From: Spironucleus salmonicida
Lineage: Eukaryota
NCBI RefSeq assembly: GCF_000497125.1
Contig: NC_090602.1
Coordinates: 310,001-374,000, forward strand
DNA: 64,000 bases
Reading direction: 5' to 3'
The notes beneath the pieces are model-generated. The model did no database searches. It was not told where the DNA came from and saw only the letters and a program-made list of their open reading frames with translations. A program made the position numbers and the translations under genes. Positions 1-10,982 of this stretch are shown piece by piece; position 1 is the first letter of the stretch, and the number at the start of each line of letters is the position of its first letter.

Positions 1-109
1 CGGCATCAGCCAGGAGCCTGTATGTATTTGGGGCGATCTTCTTCACGCGCAGGTGCCGGCCGTTCAGCACCGCGCGGAGCAGCACCTCTTTCCGATGTGC
101 CAGCTCCAT
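1..109 (-). CDS. 5' part of a second copy of the 136-aa protein at 5910-6320 (continues off window)
   Basis: ATG at 109, MELAHRKEVLLRAVLNGRHLRVKK..., same protein sequence as the 5910 copy. Confidence 0.8.
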   Translation of the reverse strand, partial: MELAHRKEVLLRAVLNGRHLRVKKIAPNTYRLLADA

Positions 110-145
110 TGCGGCCCGGTGCCACCTGTATTATTATATAGTTAT
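1..145. repeat. Left arm (truncated by window edge) of inverted repeat A
   Basis: Reverse complement of 5874-6018; one mismatch seen (95 vs 5924, synonymous CAT/CAC His). Confidence 0.95.
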
Positions 146-484
146 TATCTAAAAACAGACTTATGAACCATGTATTAATACATAAATCTAATAATAATTA
201 TATAGATTAATCATATTATACTACAAATTACTGCATTATTTATCAATATTATGTCGAATACTAATTACAGTATAATTAAGATTTTCATTTTGCTTATTAT
301 TTTACACCTAAAACTAATATGGTCAAGGATAGTTTAACGCAATTACCACTTAATAATATGTTGATAATTAGTACATCACAAATTATAATTAAGCTAACTG
401 CTTTTCACTTCTATACTATAATAATTCCACATTTTACTAATTAGTATTATTTTATATTATATATCAATATTTATATTTCTCAAA

Positions 485-1354
485 ATGTGCTTTTCAATGT
501 GTGCATAACCTAAAACAGAATGGTTCCAGGCAGCCGCCACAAATAATGTAATGGTATTAAAGCAACTAAGCTAATTTAACTCATTCGATTAAGGCGATAA
601 CGACCTTGAATCCACCCCATAAACTATTACTGGATTTGCTGGTATCCATTATGCAGCTTTTACAGGTTCAGTCTTAGCTCTTAATATTCTACTAGAGTTT
701 GAAATAGAGGCTAAAACCCAAGTGTAAAGCATAGTTGCTATAAATAAATTACGATTTATATTGGCTGCTGGCACAACTCCCTTAATGGCAGCCGTAGCTG
801 GAGGATAAGAAGCTTCATTTTAGTTATTAAAAACACTTAAAATGAAACGAAATAACGATGGTGTCTCAGCACTCATCATAGCTGTGCTCCTTGATAGAGA
901 GTTTGCAATTAAAGAACTTTTTAATGAAATAAATTTATTTGACAGGGAAGGAAACTCCGCAATTTCTTATGCATGCTTATTTGGAAGATTAGAAATTCTT
1001 AAATAGTTGTAGGAGCTATGCCTTTAGTAACATGAAACGAAAATATTTTTCCTACGAGCTTTATTAACTAAAAATATTGATGGAAAGCTCCCAGTAGATA
1101 TGGCAATGTAAGCAGTGGATGAATCAAGATATAGTATATCGGCTGGTTAAAAGCAGAAATGTATGCTGACTGTTAGCAGCTTAATGACTGGTTTACAGCA
1201 GGCAGTTGATATTGGTGATGTTAAAGATATGGGAATTTAGCAGAAACTTTAAGATCTCAAAGAGGTTTATAAAAATTCAGAGATTGAGGTTGAATTATTT
1301 ATTGAAGATTGCCAAGAAGTAGATGTTAAAGAAGAAAATATGATTGTGAACTGA
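485..1354 (+). CDS. Ankyrin-repeat protein (Protein 21.1-like), 289 aa
   Basis: Code 6 ORF MCFSMCAQPKTEWFQAA...; ankyrin motifs GFAGIHYAA, GTTPLMAAV, GVSALIIAV, GNSAISYAC. Confidence 0.8.
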
Positions 1355-1358
1355 TTTC

Positions 1359-1754
1359 TCACACTTATGATTCTAAATAATTTAAGAATCTATCACCGTC
1401 ATCAACATCTATATATGTAAATATATAATTAGATATGGATTCTAGAGCATCTAAAGAACAAGGAATTTAAAACCTTTTTCTAAATTCGTCGGGTACTATC
1501 TTTTTAGTTGATCCTATTTTTTCTTAAACCCCATTTAAGTTTAAAGATACATTAATATCAGTCCCTTCCGTTCTTGCAAATCCCCATTTAACAATTTTTT
1601 TCATATCTTCGAGATCCAAAATATATTCCTATTCTTAATACTAGTATTTCATTGGGACTTCTACATATTGATCAATAAGAAAATGCTTGCTATTTTTTTC
1701 AGAATTATATTTTATTGTATAAGGCCTAGTCAATACATATTTTATTGATGGCAT
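1359..1754 (-). CDS. Hypothetical protein, 131 aa
   Basis: Code 6 ORF MPSIKYVLTRPYTIKY...ESQV-TGA, convergent with the previous gene. Confidence 0.6.
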
Positions 1755-1864
1755 TTTATTTATATTTGAGGATTAGGAAAATCGATAAAATTATCATATT
1801 AGGTATAATTTTGTATAATATTAAGATTATAAAGACTAATCTAGATATTTCCTTTCCTTTTATT

Positions 1865-2041
1865 ATGCCTCCTCAAACTGAAATTAAGAAAGTTAACCCT
1901 GGTATTGCAGCTATGCAGCTTAAACGTGCTGAAGCTATGGCAAAGAAGAAAGAAAAGAAGTAGAAGCAAATTGATCACCTCAATAAGATGCGTGTTAAAG
2001 CTGCTGAAAAACGTAATTCTCGCGCTTCTGCTAAAAAGTGA
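1865..2041 (+). CDS. Small basic (Lys/Ala-rich) protein, 58 aa
   Basis: MPPQTEIKKVNPGIAAMQLKRAEAMAKKKEKKQKQ...ASAKK; ends in AAGTGA; pyrimidine-rich leader. Confidence 0.65.
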
Positions 2042-2152
2042 TACCGTTATAATTTTTAGCATATAACAGAAATAAGTAAATTAATAAATATTTGTGTGAT
2101 AAAATAAATTGTAATATTATATTATTTAAATTGATTTATTAACTTTTGCTAA

Positions 2153-4348
2153 ATGAATTTTTTAGCTCTTATTCGTTCAAAATTGTAACAAGAAAAAGAG
2201 ATATAAACATCAGTATAAATTTAAGGAAATACAGTAAATTTTTTAGATAATACTTTGTAATCATTTCTTACAACTGAAGTTTTAGACTAATGCGCTTCGC
2301 CTAAACTAATTTTTGAACTTTTTATTAAGAACTTAGTCGATGCATCCATTTTAGAGTATAAAAATCCAGTTTTATGGGTTTAAGGCCCTCATGGATCGGG
2401 AAAAACTCACTTTATTGAGGGTGTGTTAAGTTAACCTTCATAACGTGGATAGCTATTCCAAATATTAAATTATTTGGTAGAAAATTAAGCATAAGATATT
2501 AAAATCGCATCATTCTTAGGTAGTTATTCATCATTATATGATTTAACAAATTATTCAACATCTCAATTTAAAAATTATTAAGTCACCCCAGGCAATAAAT
2601 TTTAGGTATCCTTTCCAAATTCTTGTTTTAGACTTATTGATTCTGCTGATGAATTATCTTTCTTTGTTAAATTAACTCGTCAAAATACGAAAAAATACAA
2701 ATAAGAACTTTCTGGAATAGATACGTTATTACACAAAATTTACCTTATCGAGTATGTAATTGAGAACTAGTTAGGAAAGATTTTAATAGTTGATTCCAGC
2801 TTATTTGGAACTTGTGATTCAAGACTTAGAAATCTTCTCTCAAGATATATTTAAGGATCAGAAACTCTTAAAAAACTAGCAAACATATAATCTCCATTAA
2901 GACTCTAAAAATCGGTAAATGATGCAATTTTAGAAAAAAAGAAGCTTTCAAATAGTACTGTTCGCCCAACAAAAGCCAAGCCAAATATTAGCTTACGTGA
3001 AAGTAAAATGTTATCTCCGTTTCGGGATTTCTTTGAAGAAAATGGAATTTTCACTGTATTGACAACAATTTCACCCATTTAAACATATTATGAACTCAGA
3101 CGTGATTCTGAATGGTTCAGCATTTGTTATAAACCGACTACCGAATAAAGAAACTAAGAAACAAAAAATTCTTAGCATTATTATACATTAAAATCATAAT
3201 TTATTAAAACAAACTAAGAACCTGCCTAAACTGAAGATTTCGCATTTAATACAGAAATTAAAGATGAACTTTCTAAGTCGCACTGGAACAAAACAAACGC
3301 ACCGGAAACTGATTTTCAGGTTGAAAATTCACTAGCAAAATCTTCTTTTTACGCCAATTTGAATCCTACAGATCTCACGCAAAATGCACTAAATTCGACC
3401 TAGCATAATTAACTATTCACTGAAATTGATCCACCTGAACAAATTCCCCTTCTTTTAAACTCTAGAATTAATGAACCAGAAACCTTCGATTTCACTCCTA
3501 TAACTGAAAATTCCCTACCAAAAACATTATAAACTACGATCGAGAATCTTCAAAATTAGGCGCAATAGGCGGAATTAAAACCAGTTTCGCGAAAAGTCGT
3601 AATAGAACAAAAAATTGAAAAATACGTCGACGAGAGAATTGGTGCATTTTAGGCTTAAATAAGCGATTTAACAGCAACTTTGAACACGAAGTAACGCGAA
3701 ATCTATGATATTTCGAACGAAAACAATATGTTAAAGCGTGAGTTAGATAATGCATTTGAGCTTCAAAGTTATTTGGCCGAAAATGGTTTAAAAACCAATA
3801 AAAAGACTACTAATGAGTGTGTTCCCGATCGGTAATTGGTACTTCAGCAGGAGAATTTGGGGTTGAAAAGTGAAAATTTAGAGCTTAAAAATGCGGTTAA
3901 AAAACTTGAAATAGAAGTTGAATAAGCTTAGAAACTTCTAGGTTAGACTAAAAAAATTATGTTAAATAACGAAAATTTAACTAATGAAAATGTAAAATAT
4001 TAATAATAAATATAAACGTTTTAAAATGAAAATATGCTTAATAATTCATTGTAATAATAGTAAATGGTTGAGATTCAGCACATTTCTGCTAAAAATTAAG
4101 TTTTTGAAGAGAAAATGATAGATTTGAAAAATGAAAATTCAGAGTTAAAAAGAATAGAAGGCAAATACAAAAACTAATTTGAATTGTGTAAAGCATAGGA
4201 ATCTGCTATGTATGAAATGGAGATGGAGATTTAAGAGCTTAAGATGAAGTATAACACAAAGGAGACGGAAGTGGAGAGACTTTTATTTGAGATTTCTAGA
4301 AGGGAAGTGAAAATGGCTGTAAATTATGGAAATGTAGAGGAATAGTGA
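2153..4348 (+). CDS. Divergent kinesin-like P-loop protein with C-terminal coiled coil, about 731 aa
   Basis: Walker A VQGPHGSGKTHFIEG in a kinesin-like context, IDSAD at the switch II position, long E/K/Q heptad region after about 3600. Confidence 0.6.
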
Positions 4349-5873
4349 GCTAAAATACTTCAGTAGAGGCCATTTCTACGTTCTCTGACCTAGTCGGAAC
4401 TTAAAAAGACAGGATTACATGATTTTCTCATTTAAGATCTTGAGAATGGGGTATAATCTAAAAATAAGATGGGGTCAGCACGGGGGCGTTATTGGGCAAA
4501 TGCAACAGTATTTCTAAATTGCCGTTTAGAAGAGAACATTAGTTTTGCATATTTAATAAACAATATAATAATACTTTTTATGATTTAAATATTAATTGGC
4601 TCTTAATATCATATGTTATTTATTAGATAATATCATAATTCTAAAATTTAGAATGCTAAGAAAATCAACATGGTCAGCATACTATTCACATTAACAATAT
4701 TTCTATTTTGAAAATTAAGGAAGCCGGGCTGATCCAATAAGATTTTTGCCATCAAATATATTTGGCAGATAGTAATTAACTATTGCCAAAAATATTACAT
4801 TCTAAGATTGCATGGCGCTAATAGAGAATACTAATAATGCTAGATCTATGCGAAAATAGTGATAAATAAATTATAAGGAATAATAAAAATATGTGATTAG
4901 TTTTGTTCAACAATCAAACATATTGTTGTATTGAAAAATCGAAAAGCAACTATAATATGCTACGTTAAGCCTGCGCAATATATTGCTTAGTGGAATTACG
5001 AGCTATAATGGAAAGTATTTGCTATGCATTCAATGTTCAAATATATTATTGATATTATTTTCGTGTTTGTTCAAAATAAATAATATTATGACATAAAAAC
5101 ATACTGGGAGATTGATATTAATAGTATTATTCCTATTTATCCATCTTGTTACTATCATTTATAAACTAAATGAAGATAATTAATATAATGCATATTTCTA
5201 TAAAAACATTTGCAAATATTGTGACACATATATTTTACGAATATAGTTTACTTGAAATATGCCTCTTATTATTTAAGCATTTAATTATTATTAGTTATAA
5301 GATGTCATAAATTAATAGATATTTTGCTATTTTGAATAGTTTATTTGACTTCAAAATGTTTATATAGCTAAGTATCTTAATTATAGTTATACTTTGGAAG
5401 TTATCTAAAGAGTTTCCTAAAACATGTTTAAAAATAAGGTTTACTAATTTTTTTGTAATATATTAAATTTATTATTAGATATTATAGCAAATAGTCATAA
5501 TTTAGGTTAATATATGCTTTGTAAAAATAAATTTCTTTTTATAATGAATTTATCAATTATTTTGATATATTAATAATTCATACTAGTATTCAATTCAGCA
5601 TATTGATTTTAAGAAAGTATAGTTATAAGCATATTTTATTACTCAATATTTATTAATATCGCTATGCTTATGATTTACATCAAATTATCATAAATAGTTA
5701 CAATAATATTAATAAAATATGTAATAATTATTTATTTGATGAATTAGATAACGGAATAACGGAATTAAAAATATAGTCTAGGTTTAACATATCTACTGGA
5801 ATTAAGATTCTCTTTACAATAAGGCTTAAAGAGAAATCAAGATAAACATAATGCAAATAAGAGCTAAATATTT

Positions 5874-6018
5874 ATAACTATATAATAATACAGGTGGCAC
5901 CGGGCCGCAATGGAGCTGGCACACCGGAAAGAGGTGCTGCTCCGCGCGGTGCTGAACGGCCGGCACCTGCGCGTGAAGAAGATCGCCCCAAATACATACA
6001 GGCTCCTGGCTGATGCCG
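5874..6018. repeat. Part of the right arm of inverted repeat A matched within the window (arm probably extends through the GC island to about 9650)
   Basis: Reverse complement of 1-145; coincides with the abrupt AT-to-GC transition. Confidence 0.9.
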
Positions 6019-6320
6019 CAGCCTCCTCCCCGGACGCGCGCTTCCTGGTGCACCGTCTGGGCGCGAACACGCTCAAGCTGCAGAGCGTCCGCTACCCGGA
6101 GTACTGGGTGCAGCGCACTGGGGATGTGGCGGATCCCTACGGCAGCGCGGGAGCGGCGTGCGCGCTGGATCTGAAGTTCTTTGGCGCGACGCTCTCCCTC
6201 GGGCCCACGGGCCAGTTCGACCTGGCCCTGTTCGTGACCGCAGCGTGCACGGTGTGCGTGGGTGCGGTAGAAGAAGGGCACCGGAGCACCCTGTTCGTCC
6301 CCGTGGGGCGCCCTCTCTGA
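5910..6320 (+). CDS. Hypothetical 136-aa protein, possible beta-trefoil (fascin/AbfB-like) fold
   Basis: Strong GC3 bias in this frame; LRAVLNGRHLRV...ARFLVHRLG..TLKLQSVRYPEYWV resembles beta-trefoil repeats. Confidence 0.55.
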   Translation: MELAHRKEVLLRAVLNGRHLRVKKIAPNTYRLLADAAASSPDARFLVHRLGANTLKLQSVRYPEYWVQRTGDVADPYGSAGAACALDLKFFGATLSLGPTGQFDLALFVTAACTVCVGAVEEGHRSTLFVPVGRPL

Positions 6321-6341
6321 GCCGTTTTGTCACTCCTCTAA

Positions 6342-7280
6342 ATGAAGATCCTCGTCACCTCCGATTTTCACGGCAACCCGCACCACGCCGAGGCGGCCCT
6401 GCTGGCAGCAGAACGCACGCGGCCCGATGTGTTTGTGTACGCCGGCGACCTCTCCCCGGTGCGGCACGACTTCCCCACGCCCGAGGCCCAGCACCAGCAG
6501 GTGGAGCAGGGGGTGTTCCGGGCCTTCAGCGCGATGGCCGTGCCCCACACGTTCGTGATGCCAGGCAATACGGATTTTGCGACGAACTGCCGCCGCTGGG
6601 CCGCGAGCACCGAGCACGGCTTCGCCTTCGTGCAGGACCAGAGCGTGCGGCTGGGCGGGCTCAACCTCGTGTTCCTCTCCACGGTGCCCGAGACCAACCA
6701 CTGCCTCAAGGACTGCGAGGCCCTAGAGACCGTGCCGCACCTCCACGACGTGTCCTACGTGTTCTCGGGCCGCTCCGCCGACCCCACCAAGACCGCCTCC
6801 GACGGGCTCACCTACGGCCCAGACTTCGAGATCTACGACTCCTACGCCCAGGTGCCGCAGTCCCACCGCGCGCGCTTCGAGCACACCATCCGCGCCCGAC
6901 TGGACGAGCTGTCGGACCCCACCGTGCCCCAGCTGCTCTTCTCGCACGCACCGCCGCAGAACGTGTGCGCGGACACGGTCCTGAACCGGCAGAAGCAGCC
7001 CAAGCACATCGGGTCCGCCGACATCGCGGCCTTCCTGCGCGCGACGCCCTCCGTGCAGGCCTGCTTCTCGGGCCACGTGCACCAGTCGGTTCTGGTCACG
7101 GGGCGCTTCGAGGACGCGCTCGGGCCCACGCAGGTGCTCAGCACGGGCAACTCCGGCATCGACTTCTGCATGATGGAGCGCGCCTGGTTCCTGCTGTACG
7201 ACACCGAGACGCGCGAGTGCGAGCGCTTCGGGCTGGACGTCCCGGCCTTCCCGCACGGGCTGAACCGCGTGTTCGTCTGA
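6342..7280 (+). CDS. Calcineurin-like (Icc-type) metallophosphoesterase, 312 aa
   Basis: Motifs SDFHG, AGD, GNTD, SHAPP, GHVH in canonical order; CACTCC before the ATG. Confidence 0.9.
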   Translation: MKILVTSDFHGNPHHAEAALLAAERTRPDVFVYAGDLSPVRHDFPTPEAQHQQVEQGVFRAFSAMAVPHTFVMPGNTDFATNCRRWAASTEHGFAFVQDQSVRLGGLNLVFLSTVPETNHCLKDCEALETVPHLHDVSYVFSGRSADPTKTASDGLTYGPDFEIYDSYAQVPQSHRARFEHTIRARLDELSDPTVPQLLFSHAPPQNVCADTVLNRQKQPKHIGSADIAAFLRATPSVQACFSGHVHQSVLVTGRFEDALGPTQVLSTGNSGIDFCMMERAWFLLYDTETRECERFGLDVPAFPHGLNRVFV

Positions 7281-7293
7281 GTGAGCGAAAGAG

Positions 7294-7947
7294 TCACCAC
7301 ACGTTGCCCGTCTCCGAGAACGTCCCGCCGCGCATCTCCTCCCGACGGCCCACGTCGTGCCAGCCGGGCCCCATCTCCATGCGGTACTTCTGCGCGAAGT
7401 CCTCGCGGAAGCGGTCCCCCGTCGCCAGCTTCGGGGCCAGGCGTGAGTCGGGGCGGTGCACATCGTACGACTGCGGGCCCAGCGGCCGGTCCACTTTCAC
7501 GCGCAGCTTCTCCAGCTGGGTCTGGCGCTGGGCGAAGTCCTCCGCGGTCTCGAAGCGCCGCGAGCGCGAGAAAGACGTCCCCGACCCGGGCCGCCTCCCG
7601 ACCTCATAGTCGCCCGGCCCCGGCGTGAAGTGAACCGGCTCGGCACGCACCGTCTGCGACACGAAGGCGGAGCGCTGGGACTGCAGCGCCTTGAAGGACG
7701 CCGAGACATCCAGGAAGGGCCGGTCCTGGCGCGGTATCAGCTTCTGCGCCAGGTACTTGGGCCGCGCGTTCTGGAGCTGCCGGGGGGCATCGCGCACGCC
7801 GATGGAGGCGCTGAAGCGGTCCCGGGCCTGCTGGGATACAGCGGCCCTGGGCTGGGGCAGAGGCTGCACGCGGTATGCGGCGGGCGGCGGCGGGACGGAC
7901 TGCAGCAGGGAGAGCTTGAGGTCGGACCTCGACCGCGCGAAGTTCAT
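7294..7947 (-). CDS. SHIPPO/ODF3-like PGP-repeat (sperm-tail PG-rich) protein, 217 aa
   Basis: TPGPGDYEV, LGPQSYDV and MGPGWHDV repeats with RF/FS linkers. Confidence 0.65.
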   Translation of the reverse strand: MNFARSRSDLKLSLLQSVPPPPAAYRVQPLPQPRAAVSQQARDRFSASIGVRDAPRQLQNARPKYLAQKLIPRQDRPFLDVSASFKALQSQRSAFVSQTVRAEPVHFTPGPGDYEVGRRPGSGTSFSRSRRFETAEDFAQRQTQLEKLRVKVDRPLGPQSYDVHRPDSRLAPKLATGDRFREDFAQKYRMEMGPGWHDVGRREEMRGGTFSETGNVW

Positions 7948-7965
7948 TCGGAGTGAAGTGACCGA

Positions 7966-8961
7966 TCACGCTAAAAGGCGCACGGTAGCCGCGAAGCCCG
8001 TCAGCACTAGAAACACCGCCCCGAGGCCCCCGGCAAGTCCATACAGCGCGGGGGTGCGGAGGGAGTCGGCGAGGCGGCTGCGGCGCGCGCGCTCACGCTG
8101 GTCCAGGTAGAGGGCGAAGGCGTCCTGGTTGCGCATCGGGATCCGGCCGGACGCCACGCCCTCCACGAAGGCCGGGAACTGCTCGAGGTCCAGGAGCGGG
8201 TACACCCACTCCTGCTCGAAGCCGCTCTCGTCGGTGAGAAAGGCGAAGGCGCAGGGTAGGTAGGGGCAGCGCACGTGGTTGGTGGCGGCGGGCTCCGCCA
8301 GCAGCAGATAGCCGTACAGGAAGGACTCGTCCATACCAGCGAAGGTGCGCGCGTGACCGAGGCTCCCCACCACGACGCCTGCGGTACGCGGGGAGAACAC
8401 GAAGGCGTCGGCGTCTCTGGGCAGCACGTGGTCCATGGGCCCGCGCTGGTGCTTGAGGAGGAAGTGCTTCACACCGCCCACGGTGAAGTTGCCCGAGAAG
8501 ACGGTCTGCTGGCCGCCGTAGTGTGCCACGAGGCGCTGGGGGCCAGGGCCGCAGGACACCCGGACGTGCCCGGGCACCTCCATGCGCCGGAAGAAGGCGT
8601 CGTCACGTGTGCAGTTTGGCGAGGAGTACGCGAAGTGGTCCCCGGTCAGGACCGCACCGAGCCGCAGCACCACGGTCTGCCCCGTGAGCAGCCTCGCGAA
8701 GTCCTCGAACCTGTAGAAGGCATTCGCGCCCGTTTCCTTCCTCATGACCAGCGGGAAGGAGAGCTCGGCGAGCTGCAGCTCGGCGCACAGCGCTGTCTCG
8801 AGGGCGCAGTCGGCCTGGTAGATCGTCTCGGGGTGGTCGGTCTGACGGGCCTGGGCGGCCTCCAGCTGGGATGCGTCCGCGTGGTAGAAGACGATATAGG
8901 CGCGATCCACGTCCTGGTAGGCGGCGCTGGTGAGGTAGGCGAACTGCAGGGCGACCAGCAT
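7966..8961 (-). CDS. Type I membrane protein (hydrophobic N-terminus, C-terminal TM), 331 aa
   Basis: MLVALQFAYL... to ...ALYGLAGGLGAVFLVLTGFAATVRLLA; GC3-biased frame; AT-rich promoter 8962-9002. Confidence 0.7.
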   Translation of the reverse strand: MLVALQFAYLTSAAYQDVDRAYIVFYHADASQLEAAQARQTDHPETIYQADCALETALCAELQLAELSFPLVMRKETGANAFYRFEDFARLLTGQTVVLRLGAVLTGDHFAYSSPNCTRDDAFFRRMEVPGHVRVSCGPGPQRLVAHYGGQQTVFSGNFTVGGVKHFLLKHQRGPMDHVLPRDADAFVFSPRTAGVVVGSLGHARTFAGMDESFLYGYLLLAEPAATNHVRCPYLPCAFAFLTDESGFEQEWVYPLLDLEQFPAFVEGVASGRIPMRNQDAFALYLDQRERARRSRLADSLRTPALYGLAGGLGAVFLVLTGFAATVRLLA

Positions 8962-9002
8962 TTTAGAATAGAAAGAGTGGGTTATATACGGGTTACTAAA
9001 AC

Positions 9003-9647
9003 TCACTGCCGCAGTATCGCCACCGCGCCCTGCCGCGCGTGGTCCTCCCGGTGCTGGAAGAGCTCGTTGACCTGGTTCTCGACGGCCGTGAGCTGCTGGC
9101 CCACGATCCGGAGCATGCGGCGATCGTACGCCTCCTCCAGCCGCCGCTTGTAGATCATGCGCTCGACTCCGGCATGGAACTACCGGATCTTGAGGATCTT
9201 GCGCTTCTGGTACTCCTGCTGGAACGTCTCCAGCTCGCGCATCTTGTCCAGCCGCACCAGGGCCGACACGGCGTCGGTGGGCCGCAGGATGTTCCGGGCC
9301 TGGGCCTCCTTGTTGCGACAGATGTTGAAGCAGTAGATGACGGTGGACGCCCGATTCTTCAGCGCCCGGAAGAGGGCGATGTCCGTGGGGTTCCGGTAGA
9401 TCGAGATGTGCTTCGTGGACCCCGAAGCGCCGTCCTGGTTGGTGATCTTTATGCCGCTCTCGCTTTTGGCCAGCTCCTGCTGCTGGACTATCTTGAAGTG
9501 GTCCGACTGGCCGATGTACTTCAGCTGGGACCGCGTCCGGAAGGCCTCTTTCAGGAACTTCTGGCGGTTCTGCGAGGACAGCAGGCTCTCTGAGAACACG
9601 CTGCTCTTGGCCAGCTGGGGGAGGCTGATTTGCTTCTGGGCGAACAT
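9003..9647 (-). CDS. Hypothetical protein, 214 aa
   Basis: The track ORF MFAQKQISL... continues through TAG(Gln) at 9180-9182 in the same GC3-biased frame to CAG-TGA. Confidence 0.75.
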
Positions 9648-10982
9648 TTTGAATCTACAGTTTGGCGGTTATTTGCTACAATATATACTATTGTTTTTGG
9701 AATACTTCTTTTTTGCCGTTATTAAACTGGTATATACCCATAGAATATAATGAATATCAGCCAAGCGACTAACTGTGGCCACTATCCCAAAGCAGACGGC
9801 ATTATTTAAGCTCCATGGGAACAAACAGTTTCTCAGTTTCCAACTTTCCAGAAACTATTTCAACCTGTATACCGCCTACACACCGATATGCAGCGTTCCA
9901 AAATTACTCCGGGCGCTGTCCGCCGCAGCATGCACTGACGAAATCCGCGATCTGGAGCGAGGCGATCTACAAATATTATTTCCAATACATCCCAAAAGTA
10001 TTTAATAACAATAAGCCCTAAAAACATAACCTTAACCACTAAAACACGGGATCTCATGGCCATTATTATTATAAAGCATAATGCATGCCTATCGACCCAA
10101 AATTTGCTGTCAAATCAATCAAACTATTTTTGGTACAACCGTGGCTTACTCAAGTATAAACGAAGCTTTGTACCAGGCTTCCCCGAACTCAGTATTTTAT
10201 AGCCCGTACTTATAACTATTAAAAGTAGAAATTGTCGGTATTCTTGTTGTTATATTATGTCTGCACGGTTATATGGATCTCAGTTTAGTCTAGTGAAATT
10301 AGAAGCAAATTTGGTGATCATTGGAGTATTGGCTAGATTGCTAGGCATGATTTTGTAAAGTTAGTTGGTGATAGATCTCAAGTCAGAATTATAGTTATAA
10401 TTATGTAAAAATTTTAACGCACAAATTGCGATACTCATCCTTATTGATGATTTATATGGTTTGGAATATATAAATTCCGATGCTGAGTAACGGTATTTTC
10501 AAAATTAAAACAGTATAATAATCTCATATAACTGTAATTAATTTTATATCATATTGCTTTTTATATTTCTGATACATGAATTAGCTACCATAAAATGTCC
10601 AGGAGTACGATCACTGTTAAATTAGATAAAGTTAATTATATGGTAGATATTACCTTCAGGCAACGGATATAGGATATGGACTATTCATAAATTTTATAAT
10701 TGCAGTATTAATCTACTTGATTCTTATATACGAAGTTTTAAATCTGGGTGGAAAATAGCATATAAAATCATAGGTAATATTAATAAGACAATAAGAATAA
10801 ATTAATTGCATTAAACTATGCTATATTTAGATTTCATAATTTATAATATATGGGTATTATAGTAATTTACTTGAGTACTTATTTTAGCATCAGTTACACC
10901 TAAATTACAATTATTTATATAATTCAGATAACTACCTGAAGTCCTGTTATAAAATTTAGGCTACCATTAAATTAATTTTATA

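Noticed and set aside
4560-5870. Possible genes or RNA genes in long AT-rich stretches (also 10060-10980, 33750-34700, 51250-51830)
   Set aside because: No convincing ORF, tRNA cloverleaf or rRNA signature visible by eye; cannot be excluded without covariance-model searches.
5890-9650. Bacterial contamination or a recent horizontally acquired island
   Set aside because: In-frame TAG=Gln, TGA-only stops, host CACTC and AGTGA signals, and a eukaryote-type PGP-repeat gene.
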